NCBI GenBank assembly: GCA_963840535.1 | Contig: CAWIZJ010000042.1 | Span: 1,304-65,303 of the forward strand | Source of the DNA: an uncultured Alphaproteobacteria bacterium | GTDB taxonomy: Bacteria; Pseudomonadota; Alphaproteobacteria; Rhizobiales; Xanthobacteraceae | DNA: 64,000 nt | Reading direction: 5' to 3' | In this document: in pieces, positions 47,154 through 57,289 of the stretch | Layout of the letters: each line of letters opens with the position of its first letter | Position numbering within the stretch: position 1 is the stretch's first letter | Translations under genes and position numbers: made by a program | Notes under the pieces: model-generated | Seen by the model: only the letters and a program-made list of their open reading frames with translations | The model's database searches: none | Told to the model about the DNA's origin: nothing

Positions 47154-48617
47154 TCAGTCGTCCGCCGCCCGCTTGCGATCGGTCAGCACCAGCTCGCGGG
47201 CGGCCTTCACCTCGTCGAGCCGTCGCGCCGGCATTTCGTGCGGGGCGCTCTTGACCAGTCCGGGATCGCTCCGCGCTTCGTTCGCGATCGCCCGCATGGC
47301 CGCGACAAAGGCGTCGAGGGTGGGCTTGGCCTCGGTTTCGGTCGGCTCGATCATCAGCGCTTCCGGCACGATCAACGGGAAATAGTTGGTGGGCGGATGA
47401 AAGCCGTAATCGAGCAGCCGCTTGCTCACGTCGAGGGCGCGGACCCCGGTTGCCTCGATCGCGCCCTGACAGACGAATTCGTGCATGTTGATGCGGTCGT
47501 ACGGAACGGTGAAGGTATCGCGCAGGCCCACCCGCAGGTAATTGGCGTTGAGCACGGCGTGCTCGGAATTGGCGCGCAGTCCCGCGGCGCCATGCTGACG
47601 GATGTAGGCATAGGCGCGGACGAACATGCCGAAGTTTCCGAAGAAAGTGGAGACCCGCCCGATCGACTTGGCCGGCATCGCCAGAACATGGCGCACCGGT
47701 CCGCTGTCCTGCACCGTTCCGATGACCGGTCCCGGCAGGTAATCCGCGAGCTTGGCCGACACGCCGACCGGACCTGATCCCGGTCCGCCGCCGCCGTGCG
47801 GAGTGGAGAAGGTCTTGTGCAGATTGAAGTGCATCACGTCGAAGCCGAGATCGCCGGGGCGCACGATGCCGGCGAGCGCGTTCATGTTGGCGCCGTCGCC
47901 ATAGACCAGCCCGCCGCAGGCGTGCACCAGGCGCACGACTTCGCCGATCTGCTCCTCGAACAGGCCGAGCGTGTTCGGATTGGTCATCATGATGCCGGCC
48001 ACGGTGTCGTCACAGGCGATCCGAACCGCCTCGAGGTCGACATTGCCGCGTGCATCGGAAGGCAGTTCGACTGCGGAGAAACCCGCCATGGTGGTCGAGG
48101 CCGGGTTGGTGCCGTGGGCGGAGTTGGGGATGAGGATTCGCGTGCGCCTGGTGTCGCCGCGTTCGCGATGGTAGGCGCGGATCATCAGCAGGCCGGTGAA
48201 TTCGCCGTGCGCCCCCGCCGCGGGCTGGAGCGACACGCCGGCAAAACCTCCGATCTCGGCCAGCCACTGCTGCAACTCGAACATCAGCGCGAGATTGCCC
48301 TGCGCCGTATCGGGCTCCTGCAGCGGGTGGGCATCCGCGAAGCCGGAGAGCCTTGCGACTTGCTCGTTGACCTTCGGGTTGAATTTCATCGTGCAGGAGC
48401 CGAGCGGGTAGAAGCCGGAATCCACGCCGAAGTTGCGCTGCGACAGCGCGAGGTAGTGGCGCACGACGTCGAGCTGCGACAGCTCGGGCAAGCCGCAATC
48501 CGCGCGTACCCCCTGCGTCGGCAAGGGCGTCGGGGGAACGTCCGCCGCGGGCAGGTCGATCCCGTGCCGATCGGATACGCTCGCCTCGTAGAGGGTCGGG
48601 ATCTGAACGCGGATCAT
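47154..48617 (-). CDS. gcvPB: glycine dehydrogenase (aminomethyl-transferring) subunit 2
   Basis: This is the last 487 aa of ORF 47154..50024(-): MIRVQIPTLYEASVSDRHG...GSCTMKFNPKVNE...NLHKTFSTPHGGGGPGSGPVGV (PLP-Lys context). The ATG at 48617 overlaps the gcvPA stop (ATGA). Confidence 0.9.
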   Translation of the reverse strand: MIRVQIPTLYEASVSDRHGIDLPAADVPPTPLPTQGVRADCGLPELSQLDVVRHYLALSQRNFGVDSGFYPLGSCTMKFNPKVNEQVARLSGFADAHPLQEPDTAQGNLALMFELQQWLAEIGGFAGVSLQPAAGAHGEFTGLLMIRAYHRERGDTRRTRILIPNSAHGTNPASTTMAGFSAVELPSDARGNVDLEAVRIACDDTVAGIMMTNPNTLGLFEEQIGEVVRLVHACGGLVYGDGANMNALAGIVRPGDLGFDVMHFNLHKTFSTPHGGGGPGSGPVGVSAKLADYLPGPVIGTVQDSGPVRHVLAMPAKSIGRVSTFFGNFGMFVRAYAYIRQHGAAGLRANSEHAVLNANYLRVGLRDTFTVPYDRINMHEFVCQGAIEATGVRALDVSKRLLDYGFHPPTNYFPLIVPEALMIEPTETEAKPTLDAFVAAMRAIANEARSDPGLVKSAPHEMPARRLDEVKAARELVLTDRKRAADD

Positions 48618-49969
48618 TTCGCGGCCTCTTCGAGCCCCGTTACCAGCCGGTCGATCCCGGCGCGCGTGTTGATCTCCGTCACTGCGACGAGCATGTGGTT
48701 CTTCAGCCGGGGGTCGTCGCGGCCGAGGTCGTAACCCCCGACGATGCCGTGATGCGTCCGTAGGTGCTCGTTGAACTCCGCGACCGGTCCCGGCAGCCGC
48801 ACCACGAATTCCTTGAAGAACGGACGTGCCGGTGCCTGTGGGTTCACGATGAACCCGGAGAGCTTGCCGATTTCGGCCGCAGCATAGTGACTCTTGTGAA
48901 AGCACAGCTCCGCGACCCGCCGCAGACCCTGCTTTCCCATGGTGGCCAGATAGGTAGCGGCGGCGAGCGCGCACACGGCCGAATTGGTGCAGATGTTGCT
49001 GGTCGCCTTGGCGCGGCGGATGTGCTGCTCGCGGGTCGCAAGCGTGAGCACGTAGCCGCGCCGGCCGTCGGCATCGACGGTCTCGCCGACGAGATGTCCG
49101 GAGAGCCGGCGCACATGCGCCATTCGCGCGGTGAAGATCCCGAGATGCGGACCGCCGAAGGACGGAGGGATTCCCAGCGGCTGCCCTTCGGCCACAACCA
49201 CGTCGGCGCCTTGCTCGCCCGGAGGCTGGAACAGGCCGAGCGCGATCGGATCGGTCACCACGATGAGCAGGGCGCCGGCGCGGTGCGCCGCGTCGGCCAC
49301 GCCATCCATCGTTTCGCATTGTCCGAAGAAATCGGGATTCTGAATGACCAGCGCGGCGGTCTTCTCGTCGAGCAATGTCTCGAGGCGGTCGAGATCGGCT
49401 GGGCCATCCTCGTCGCCGACGACGGTCGCCGCACCGGTGCCGCCCAGGTAGGTCCTGACCACCGCACGGTATTGCGGGTGGACGCCCGGCGACATGACGA
49501 TCTTGCTGCGCTTGCCCGAAGCAACGTTGAGCGCCAGCAGCACCGCCTCCGCCAGCGCGGTTGCGCCGTCGTAATGGCTGGCGTTGCTGACCTCCATGCC
49601 GGTCAACCGGCAGATCATGCTCTGGTACTCGAACAGCGCCTGCAGGAAACCCTGGCTCGCCTCCGGCTGGTATTGTGTGTAGGAGGTGTAGAATTCGCCG
49701 CGCGAGAGCACATAGTCGACGATGGCGGGCCTGAAATGGTGGTAGGCGCCGGCGCCGAGGAAGGAGAGCGCCGGGTCGGCGGTGAAGTTGCGGCCCGCCA
49801 ACGCTTGCATCTCCCGCGCCACCTCGAGCTCGGAAGCGGGCGAGGGCAGGTCGAGAGCGGGGAAGCGTACCGAAGCCGGAACGTCGCTGAACAGCTCCTC
49901 CATGCCGGCCGCGCCGATCGCCGCCAGCATCTGCCTTCGTTCGCCTTCGGTGTGCGGTATATAGGTCAT
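48614..49969 (-). CDS. gcvPA: glycine dehydrogenase (aminomethyl-transferring) subunit 1
   Basis: MTYIPHTEGERRQMLAAIGAAGMEELFSDVPASVRFPALDLP...YTQYQPEASQGFLQALFEYQSMICRLTGMEVSNASHYDGATA...; the ATG at 49969 is preceded by GGGAGAA. Confidence 0.9.
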   Translation of the reverse strand: MTYIPHTEGERRQMLAAIGAAGMEELFSDVPASVRFPALDLPSPASELEVAREMQALAGRNFTADPALSFLGAGAYHHFRPAIVDYVLSRGEFYTSYTQYQPEASQGFLQALFEYQSMICRLTGMEVSNASHYDGATALAEAVLLALNVASGKRSKIVMSPGVHPQYRAVVRTYLGGTGAATVVGDEDGPADLDRLETLLDEKTAALVIQNPDFFGQCETMDGVADAAHRAGALLIVVTDPIALGLFQPPGEQGADVVVAEGQPLGIPPSFGGPHLGIFTARMAHVRRLSGHLVGETVDADGRRGYVLTLATREQHIRRAKATSNICTNSAVCALAAATYLATMGKQGLRRVAELCFHKSHYAAAEIGKLSGFIVNPQAPARPFFKEFVVRLPGPVAEFNEHLRTHHGIVGGYDLGRDDPRLKNHMLVAVTEINTRAGIDRLVTGLEEAAK

Positions 49970-50036
49970 CGGCCGTTCTCCCTCGGCGCACAAAGACTAT
50001 GCGGGCCTTTCCATCGGTCGTCATGGTCCGTGCTGA

Positions 50037-52868
50037 TCAGCCATAACCCCAACCAATCCCCTGCGATGATAGCCGATGATGACCTGGAAGAACTTGCGCG
50101 AGATGATTCCCCCATCGAGCGCGGCGTGCCCGGTGTCGAGCCGCCGGTCGCGAGCGGCGTGCATGGCCGTCAGCCGCGAAGACACGGTCACCATCATACG
50201 TATTTTCGGTCGACGCCGTGAACGCGCTGATGAGCGGCGCGGCCGACCATCTTTCGGAATCGGCACTTTCCAGCGACCTTTCGCCATCGCCATAATCCTC
50301 CCACGGCTTGCCTTTCGCGAGCAGCGCCGGCGCGGTTCTCATCGTGAAGCGCTGCGGGTCGAGCCCGGCGCGGACCTGCGCCCAGGTGACCGGCATGGAA
50401 ACAGGAGCGCCGGGGCGCGCGCGCGGAGAAAGTGGAGCCACCGCTGTCGCCATGCGGTCGTTGCGCAGGTAATCCAGAAAAATGCGGCCCGTCCGCAGCT
50501 TCTTCGTCATCTTGATGAGGTAGCGGTCGGGGCTGTCGGCCGCCATCGCCGCGCAAACGGCTTGCGCAAGACTCTTCGCTTGCGGCCATCCGAGCTTGCT
50601 GCCGCGGACGCTGAGCGGCGTCACCACGTGCAGGCCCTTGCCGCCGGTGGTCTTGCAGAAGGCGACGAGGCCGAGCGTTTCGAGGCGCTCGCGCAGCTCC
50701 TTTGCCGCCGCAATCACCACATCAAAGGCCACATCGGGCGCCGGATCGAGGTCGAAAACCAACCTGCCCGGCAGACCAGGGTCGCGCGGCTGGTTGTTCC
50801 ATGGGTGGTACTCGACGGCAGCGATCTGGGCCGCCGCGATCAGGCCTTCGACACGGTCGATCTGGACATAAGGCTTGCGGTCGCCCTCGACTGCGACGAG
50901 GGAGAACAGGTTCGACATGCCCTGCATGGCATGGCGCTGGAAAAAACGCTCCGCTTCGATGCCGTCGGGCGCCCGCAGCAGCGAGCACGGGCGTCCGCGC
51001 AAATGCTCGATCATCCATGGCCCGACCTTTTCGAGGTACCTGGCGAGGTCGAGCTTGCCGTAGATTGCGCTCCCGCCCTGCGCCGGCCAGAGCTCCTTCT
51101 CCGGATTGGAGATCGGCACGCCCATGACGACGGAGCCCGCCTTGGAGCGGGCAGCGGTCCGGGCCAGCTTCCTGTGCGGCGCGGCGATGTCGGCGTCGTC
51201 GGGTGATACGGGGCGCTCGGCTCGCACCTTCGCCGCCGGCTTGTCCTCGCGCAAGCCTTTGAACGCCGCCTGCCGCACCATGCCGCCGCCGGTCCAGCCC
51301 GCGAGCTCGATCTTCGCGACGAGCTCCGGTTTGACCCATGTGACGTCTGCAGCCTTGCGCGGCGCGTCCTTGCCGCCGAATGGGTTCTTGTCGGTGGCGA
51401 TGGCCCGGAGCTTCTTCAGGAGACCTTGCGCGTTGCGCCGATTGAAGCCGGTGCCGACCCGGCCGGTATGCACGAGATGACCACCGCGATTGACGCCGAC
51501 GAGCAGCGAGCGCAGGTTGCGCGCACCGCCGCTCCAGCCCCCGATGACGACTTCATGGCCGGCGCGGCATTTCGATTTCATCCAGCTTTCGGTGCGGCCG
51601 GATTGATACGCGGCATCGGCCCGTTTGGAGACGATGCCCTCGAGATTGAGCCTGCGTGCCGAGTTTAGAACGGCATCGCCTGGCTCGGCGAGATGCTCGA
51701 CATACTTGATCGAGGGGGCGACGCGCCGACGACCCAACATTGCCTCGAGCCGCCGTTTGCGCTCGACCAGCGGCAGGCGGCGCAGATCCTCGCCATCCTC
51801 GAACAGGAGGTCGAACGCGAAATAGATCAGCTCGCGCGAGCGGCCTTCCGAAATTGCGGCTTGCAGCGCCGAGAAATCCGAGACGCCGTTCGCATCGAGA
51901 GCCACTACCTCGCCGTCGATGATGCTGTCCGGCAGGGTGGCGGCCGCTTCGGCGATCGCGCGGAACTTGTCGGTCCAGTCGATCCCCTTGCGTGTGTGCA
52001 GGACGGCCTCGCCTCCGGCAACGCGCAGCTGCATGCGATAGCCGTCGAGCTTGATCTCGTGCACCCACCCCTGACCCGACGGTGGGCGGCTGACGGTCTT
52101 GCAAAGCTGGAATGCGGTGAAGAGCGGCATGCCGCGCGCATGCGACCCGCGCCGGCGCGAAGCCTCGTGGGATTTGCTGGCCGCCGCAGGTTTTGTAGCC
52201 TTGTCCCCGCGACCCGAGCGCCAGACGGCGTCCGGCACCGCCGCCTTGCGGCCGCGTAGCATGAAGGGCGCGGGACCACGTCCGCGGCCCGCGGCGATCT
52301 GCTCCATGCTGCGGTTCGATGCGACCGAGCGATCCTCGTCGAGGATGGATGCTCCATTGTCCCGCTCGTAGCCGTCGCGATGCTTGATCAGAAGCCAGTT
52401 GTTGCGCTTGCCGCGCTCGCGGTCGTGCCGCATGCGCACGAGCACCCAGCCGCCCTGCAGCTTCTCGCCGGCGAGCACGAATTTCAGCTCGCCCTTGCGC
52501 AGGGCCGCTGCCGGATCGGCGTCGTCCGTCGGTGCCCAGAAGCCGCGATCCCAAAGCATGACGGTGCCGCCGCCGTACTCGCCCTTCGGGATCGTGCCTT
52601 CGAAATCGCCGTAGTCGAGCGGGTGGTCCTCGACCTCGACCGCGAGGCGCTTGTCGTGCGGATCGAGGGAGGGGCCCTTGGTGACGGCCCAGGACTTGAA
52701 TACGCCGTCGACCTCGAGGCGCAGGTCGTAGTGCAGTCGGGTTGCTGCGTGCTTCTGAACGACGAACCGTGGTCGTGCGGCGGGCGCGACGGTCACGGCG
52801 CCGCTCGGCTCCTTCGTCTTCGTGAAGTCGCGCTTTGCCTGATAGGGAGAAAGCTTCTGCTTTGCCAT
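50037..52868 (-). CDS. ligD: ATP-dependent DNA ligase D (phosphoesterase-ligase-polymerase/primase order); the last ~80 codons look non-LigD
   Basis: [23 protein letters not shown]...[19 protein letters not shown] (PE domain); [13 protein letters not shown] (ligase motif I KxDG); ...LVFDLDP...[11 protein letters not shown] (LigD polymerase domain). It is the C-terminal 943 aa of ORF 50037..53069. Confidence 0.85.
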   Translation of the reverse strand: MAKQKLSPYQAKRDFTKTKEPSGAVTVAPAARPRFVVQKHAATRLHYDLRLEVDGVFKSWAVTKGPSLDPHDKRLAVEVEDHPLDYGDFEGTIPKGEYGGGTVMLWDRGFWAPTDDADPAAALRKGELKFVLAGEKLQGGWVLVRMRHDRERGKRNNWLLIKHRDGYERDNGASILDEDRSVASNRSMEQIAAGRGRGPAPFMLRGRKAAVPDAVWRSGRGDKATKPAAASKSHEASRRRGSHARGMPLFTAFQLCKTVSRPPSGQGWVHEIKLDGYRMQLRVAGGEAVLHTRKGIDWTDKFRAIAEAAATLPDSIIDGEVVALDANGVSDFSALQAAISEGRSRELIYFAFDLLFEDGEDLRRLPLVERKRRLEAMLGRRRVAPSIKYVEHLAEPGDAVLNSARRLNLEGIVSKRADAAYQSGRTESWMKSKCRAGHEVVIGGWSGGARNLRSLLVGVNRGGHLVHTGRVGTGFNRRNAQGLLKKLRAIATDKNPFGGKDAPRKAADVTWVKPELVAKIELAGWTGGGMVRQAAFKGLREDKPAAKVRAERPVSPDDADIAAPHRKLARTAARSKAGSVVMGVPISNPEKELWPAQGGSAIYGKLDLARYLEKVGPWMIEHLRGRPCSLLRAPDGIEAERFFQRHAMQGMSNLFSLVAVEGDRKPYVQIDRVEGLIAAAQIAAVEYHPWNNQPRDPGLPGRLVFDLDPAPDVAFDVVIAAAKELRERLETLGLVAFCKTTGGKGLHVVTPLSVRGSKLGWPQAKSLAQAVCAAMAADSPDRYLIKMTKKLRTGRIFLDYLRNDRMATAVAPLSPRARPGAPVSMPVTWAQVRAGLDPQRFTMRTAPALLAKGKPWEDYGDGERSLESADSERWSAAPLISAFTASTENTYDGDRVFAADGHARRSRPAARHRARRARWGNHLAQVLPGHHRLSSQGIGWGYG

Positions 52869-53067
52869 GATGCTTGATCGGGCTGCCTTGGCTCCAACCG
52901 CCTGCGACCGATGCCTGTTCCCTACGACGCCCCTTTGACAGGAACAAGAACCCCCGATTCCGTTGTCCGGCGGATCACGGAGGACATCGTGGCGGCGGGG
53001 CGCAATGCGCGGGATCGGAGCGGCTGCAGGCGCGCTGACGTCGCCTCGTACCTCCCGGGGCGTGCAC

Positions 53068-53514
53068 ATGTATTATGCCGAGAACCAGATCGTGAAATCG
53101 CTGCCGAAGTTGATCGACAAGGCGACCAATCGGGATCTGACGCAGGGTCTCAAGGGCCACCTGGAAGAGACCAGGAACCAGATCGCGCGGCTCGACCAGG
53201 TTTTCCAGAAGCTCGGCGAAACGCCCGAGGGTGTGAAGTGCCCCGCCATCGACGGCCTCATCGCCGAAGCCGACGACGTCGCCGGCGAGGTCTCGGACAA
53301 GGAGGTTCTGGATGCGGCGATCGTTGGTGCGGCACAGTCGGTCGAGCACTATGAGATCGCGCGCTACGGGACCCTGATCGCGTGGGCCGAAGCTCTCGGC
53401 CGCGACGATGTGGTGCGGCTCCTCAACACCAATCTCAACGAGGAGAAGGCTGCGGACAAGAAGCTGTCGAGCGTTGCCGTGCGGAAGGGCGTCAACCGCA
53501 AGGCCGCGAGCTGA
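53068..53514 (+). CDS. DUF892/YciE-like ferritin-like protein, N-terminally short relative to the family
   Basis: [70 protein letters not shown]...[21 protein letters not shown]. The part of ORF 52963..53514 upstream of this Met has no family-like sequence. Confidence 0.7.
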   Translation: MYYAENQIVKSLPKLIDKATNRDLTQGLKGHLEETRNQIARLDQVFQKLGETPEGVKCPAIDGLIAEADDVAGEVSDKEVLDAAIVGAAQSVEHYEIARYGTLIAWAEALGRDDVVRLLNTNLNEEKAADKKLSSVAVRKGVNRKAAS

Positions 53515-53563
53515 GCCGGTAACCGGCGTTGCGACGGAGAACCGGCGGCTCGCCGAGCCGCCG
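53515..53563. terminator. two GC-rich hairpins between convergent genes (candidate bidirectional terminator)
   Basis: GCCGGT A ACCGGC (53515-53527) and CGGCGGCTCG C CGAGCCGCCG (53543-53563). There is no clear U-tract. Confidence 0.35.
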
Positions 53564-53585
53564 ATCTCCTTCGCGGACGTCGCCA

Positions 53586-54803
53586 TCAGCTTCGTGGGAA
53601 ATCGTAGAGATCGGCATCCACGTCCGGCTGCCCCGAAAGCGCCCCCGTCAGGACGTCGGCCGCGATCAATGCGTAGGTGATGCCATTGCCGCCGTATCCG
53701 AGGGCGATCCAACAACGGGACATGCCGGGCACCCGCCCGATGATTGGAAGGCCCGTCGTGGTTTCGCCGAAGGCGCCCGTCCACGCGAACGCGACCCGGG
53801 TGTCGAGGTTCGGGAGGAGTTGTCCGAGCTTGCGAGTCAGCACAAGCGTCTTGCGGGAAAGAAGCGCAGCGCGTTCTGCGTCGTCGGCAATATCGTCGTC
53901 CTCTCCCCCGCAGATGACGCGCCCGTCGTCGGTCGTGCGGATATAGAGGTAGGGGTCGGCAGCTTCCCAGATTATGCATTCGCCGGGCCAGAGACGAGCG
54001 CGGCGCTGCGACACCGTCGCAATCGCCCATGTCGAGACGATGCGATGATTACGGCGAGGCACGCCGTGCGGCAGCTCGTAACCCGTTGCGAACACCAATT
54101 GGCGGCAGTTGAGCGTTTGACCGCCGGCGGCGGTCAAGACCACGCCGTGCTTGCCGGGCCGTAGATCGACGATCTCGACCGGTGCGAAGATGCGTGCTCC
54201 GTTTCCGACCGCTGCACCCAGCAGGGCAAGCGTGGCCTTGCGCGGATCGATCACCAGATTGCCGAAGCCTTGCACGGCTGCCTCCCGGCGGATGCCGAAG
54301 GCATCGCGAAGCGCGCGGCCGGTGAGAAAGTGGCTGGCAAGCCCACTCTTCCGGCGCAACGTGTGCTCGCGCCAGAGTGCCTCGCCGTCGAGGAGGTCGC
54401 CAGCTATGTAGAGGGTGTCGCGTCGCGCGACGCTCGGAACGTTGAGCACCGAGAAGCGTGCTGCGAGGGCCTCAACCGCAAGCCTTGAGCGTCGCCAGGC
54501 GCGAACGGCATTCACCCTGCCGATCTTGCGGACGAGCTTGGTGAGAGGGGTGTCGATCTCGTGCTGCACGAGCGCGGTGCTGGCGAGGGTCGATCCCTGG
54601 GCGAGGCCGCGCTTGTCGATGATCGTCACCTCGCGCCCGGAAGCGGCCAGCGCATCGGCGATCAATGCGCCGGTGATCCCGGCGCCCATGACCACGACTT
54701 CCGTCTCCGCATCCGCTAGCAAGCGTGCGTGCGGGACAGGCCGGGCCCGCCGGCCCTGCCACACCGTGCGGCCGCTTCGCACCTGCCTCCGCGCGGTTGC
54801 CAC
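53586..54803 (-). CDS. FAD-dependent oxidoreductase (DAO/glycine-oxidase-like family)
   Basis: ...ETEVVVMGAGITGALIADALAASGREVTIIDKR (Rossmann GxGxxG)...; intact, 405 aa, GTG start at 54803. Confidence 0.8.
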   Translation of the reverse strand: MATARRQVRSGRTVWQGRRARPVPHARLLADAETEVVVMGAGITGALIADALAASGREVTIIDKRGLAQGSTLASTALVQHEIDTPLTKLVRKIGRVNAVRAWRRSRLAVEALAARFSVLNVPSVARRDTLYIAGDLLDGEALWREHTLRRKSGLASHFLTGRALRDAFGIRREAAVQGFGNLVIDPRKATLALLGAAVGNGARIFAPVEIVDLRPGKHGVVLTAAGGQTLNCRQLVFATGYELPHGVPRRNHRIVSTWAIATVSQRRARLWPGECIIWEAADPYLYIRTTDDGRVICGGEDDDIADDAERAALLSRKTLVLTRKLGQLLPNLDTRVAFAWTGAFGETTTGLPIIGRVPGMSRCWIALGYGGNGITYALIAADVLTGALSGQPDVDADLYDFPRS

Positions 54804-55109
54804 GCACCCTCCCTTCTCCCGTGCTCAAACAACGATGATTTCAACGCGAGTGCAAGCCATCGCCACCCCGATCGCCGCTCAGTCGGCCGGGCAGGTCCGG
54901 CATCGCATGGTTGCGGCCGAGATCAGACCGGCCCGTTTCCGCGATCTCGCCCCGGCAACCGGGTGAAAAACCCGCTGGACAAGGAAGAGGTCCCGCGCAA
55001 CGGTATTGCGCATCGACAGTGGCGGCAAACGCGCGCTGAGACCCGGGGGCGTCGGGGGCGCGAAGCCGCGACCAACTCGCTCGTCTGAATTCCTGAAGGA
55101 GGACTCGCC

Positions 55110-56348
55110 ATGACGAAAGTTTCGCGGCGCACTCTGATCAAGAGTGCGGCCGGCTCTGCGATGCTCGCCGGAATCGGCATGCCGGCCATCGTCAAGGGCC
55201 AGGCCGATGCGATCCGCATCGGCCACCTTACGCCGCTGACCGGCTTTCTCGGACCTCTCGGCGAATACGCGGTGATGGGCGTCAAGCTCGCGATGGACGA
55301 GATCAATGCCGCCGGCGGCGTGATGGGCCGCAGGATCGAGCTCGTCATGGAAGACTCGGTCAATCCGCAGACCGCCTCCGCCAAGGCCGAGCGCCTGATC
55401 GAGCGCGACAAGGTCGCGATGATCATCGGGGAGATTTCGTCGGCGTCCGGTCTCGCCATCGGCCAGGTCGCCAACCGGCTCAAGACCGTGTTCATCAACA
55501 CCGGCTGCAATTCCGACGCGCTGCGGGGCGCGAGCTGCAATCCGTACATGTTCCACATCGAGGGCGCGAACTCGATGTATGTGATGGCGGTCGGCCAATA
55601 TCTGCTGCGTGAGAACCTGGTGAAGGGCAAGAAGTGGTACTCGCTCACGGCCGACTACGCCTTCGGCCACGACCTCCTGCGCGTCGCCAAGAAATTCATG
55701 GAGGCGAACGGCGGGCAGTTCGCGGCCGACGAGCTCGTTCCCACCGACGCCGCCGACTTCAGCCCCTATCTTCTGAAGATCCGGCAGGCGCGGCCCGATC
55801 TGGTGGTGTCGAACCTCGCCGGCAACCAGATCACCAATTTCCTCAAGCAGTATACCGAGTACGGGCTGCAGTTCCCCGTCGCCGGGTTCGGCTTCGACAC
55901 GGTGGTGGCATGGGGAGCCGGCAAGGGCAATTTCTCCGGGATCTGGCCGCTGGTTTGGCATCACCTCGTGGACACGCCGAGCTCGAAGAAATACGTCGAC
56001 GCCTTCCAGAAGCGATACGGCAAGCTTCCCGACAATCAGTCCTGGGGTGACTACAACTCGCTCAAGATCGTCTCGCAATCGATGAACGACATGAAGTCGG
56101 CCGATCCGCAAAAGCTGGCCGAGCATCTGCGCAAGGGCGCGAAGTTCGACGTGATGAAGGCGCGCGAGGCCTTTTTCCGCCCCTACGACAACCAGATGGT
56201 CATGGAGATGTACGCGGTGCGCGCGAAGGAACCGGCCAGGATGAAGGATCAGTGGGACATCTACGATGCGCTCGGCGCCGTGCCTGGTCCGAGCGAAGAT
56301 CTGGAGATCATCGCTCCGCCCAAGGACAACACCTGCAAGATCGGGTGA
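55110..56348 (+). CDS. ABC transporter substrate-binding protein (LivK/amide-urea/branched-chain amino acid type) with a Tat-like signal
   Basis: MTKVSRRTLIKSAAGSAMLAGIGMPAIVKGQADAIRIGHLTPLTGFLGPLGEYAVMGVKLAMDEINAAGGVMGRRIELVMEDS...; the twin-arginine motif is SRRTLIK. GAAGGAGGA lies upstream. Confidence 0.85.
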   Translation: MTKVSRRTLIKSAAGSAMLAGIGMPAIVKGQADAIRIGHLTPLTGFLGPLGEYAVMGVKLAMDEINAAGGVMGRRIELVMEDSVNPQTASAKAERLIERDKVAMIIGEISSASGLAIGQVANRLKTVFINTGCNSDALRGASCNPYMFHIEGANSMYVMAVGQYLLRENLVKGKKWYSLTADYAFGHDLLRVAKKFMEANGGQFAADELVPTDAADFSPYLLKIRQARPDLVVSNLAGNQITNFLKQYTEYGLQFPVAGFGFDTVVAWGAGKGNFSGIWPLVWHHLVDTPSSKKYVDAFQKRYGKLPDNQSWGDYNSLKIVSQSMNDMKSADPQKLAEHLRKGAKFDVMKAREAFFRPYDNQMVMEMYAVRAKEPARMKDQWDIYDALGAVPGPSEDLEIIAPPKDNTCKIG

Positions 56349-56413
56349 CCGGCTGTTCCGGTCGGCGAGGTGCGCAAGCCTCCTGACCCGGAACGCGGCG
56401 AAGGTCTCCTCGC

Positions 56414-57289
56414 GTGCAGATCGTCTTCCTCATCGAGCAGGTTCTCAACGGGCTCCTGGTCGGAGCCTATTACCTGCTCATTGCGCTCGGCCTGTCGCTG
56501 ATCTTTGCGCTCGGCGGCATCGTCAATCTGGCGCACGGAGGCTTCTACGCGATCGGCGCCTATCTGGCGGTCGTCCTCGCCGGTCGCATCGGCTTTGCCG
56601 GCGCGTTCGTGGTCTCGCCCGTTGTCGTCGGCATCATCGGCATCGCCGCCGAGCGGCTGCTGTTTCGCCGGTTCTATCGCTCCGACCCGATCTTGAGCCT
56701 GTTGCTCACGTTCGGCCTGGCCATGGTGATCGAGCAGGGCCTGCGGATCGTCTTCGGTGCGACGCCGCTGCCGTTCTCGATTCCCCCGGAGCTGCGCGGA
56801 CAAATTCTGCTCGGCGACTTCATCTACTCGCGCTACCGGCTCTTCATCATGCTCGTCGCCGCGGTCGCGGTGACGGCGACCTGGTTCGCCGTCTACCGCA
56901 CCGCATTCGGCCGGGTCGTACGCGCCGGCGTGCAGAACCCGGACGTCGTCGGTGCGCTGGGCATCTCGCTGGCGCCGTACATGACCGCGATTGCGGCGCT
57001 CGGCGTCGGCCTCGCCGGGCTTGCCGGGGTGCTGCTCGCACCCATCGCCGGAGTGCACCCGGCGATGGGAGCCGAGATCCTCACTGCCGCGTTCGTCGTC
57101 GTGGTGATCGGGGGGCTCGGCTCGTTCTGGGGCGTGATCGCGGCCGCCATGCTGGTAGGCGTCGTGCGCGGGATCACGATCTATTTCAACCCGTCCTGGG
57201 GCGAGGCGTCGATGTATCTCCTCATGGCGCTCGTTCTGCTGTTGCGTCCGCGCGGCCTGTTCGGCGAGCGGATCGAAAAGTTCGAATAG
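56414..57289 (+). CDS. branched-chain amino acid-type ABC permease (LivH family)
   Basis: MQIVFLIEQVLNGLLVGAYYLLIALGLSLIFALGGIVNLAHGGFYAIGAYLA...; intact, 291 aa, GTG start. Confidence 0.85.
   Translation: MQIVFLIEQVLNGLLVGAYYLLIALGLSLIFALGGIVNLAHGGFYAIGAYLAVVLAGRIGFAGAFVVSPVVVGIIGIAAERLLFRRFYRSDPILSLLLTFGLAMVIEQGLRIVFGATPLPFSIPPELRGQILLGDFIYSRYRLFIMLVAAVAVTATWFAVYRTAFGRVVRAGVQNPDVVGALGISLAPYMTAIAALGVGLAGLAGVLLAPIAGVHPAMGAEILTAAFVVVVIGGLGSFWGVIAAAMLVGVVRGITIYFNPSWGEASMYLLMALVLLLRPRGLFGERIEKFE

Noticed and set aside
47154-50024. A 956-aa ORF of the right size for a single-chain glycine dehydrogenase GcvP.
   Set aside because: Its N-terminal half is Arg-rich shadow sequence. The true subunit 1 is in a different frame (48614..49969) and is ATGA-coupled to subunit 2, so the P protein is split.
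49970-50300. A possible glycine riboswitch in front of gcvPA.
   Set aside because: I wrote out the minus strand and looked for the aptamer core (CUGGAGAG ... ACCGAAGGGGCAA ... CUCAGGCAAAAGGAC). Only fragments such as CTGGAAAG, ACCGAAAA and CAGCACGGACC are present, without the intervening helices. A covariance-model scan is still needed to be sure.
54804-55109. A 306-nt leader upstream of the LivK-like gene as a possible riboswitch or small RNA.
   Set aside because: I could not recognise a conserved structured element or a convincing terminator/antiterminator pair. It may simply hold divergent promoters.
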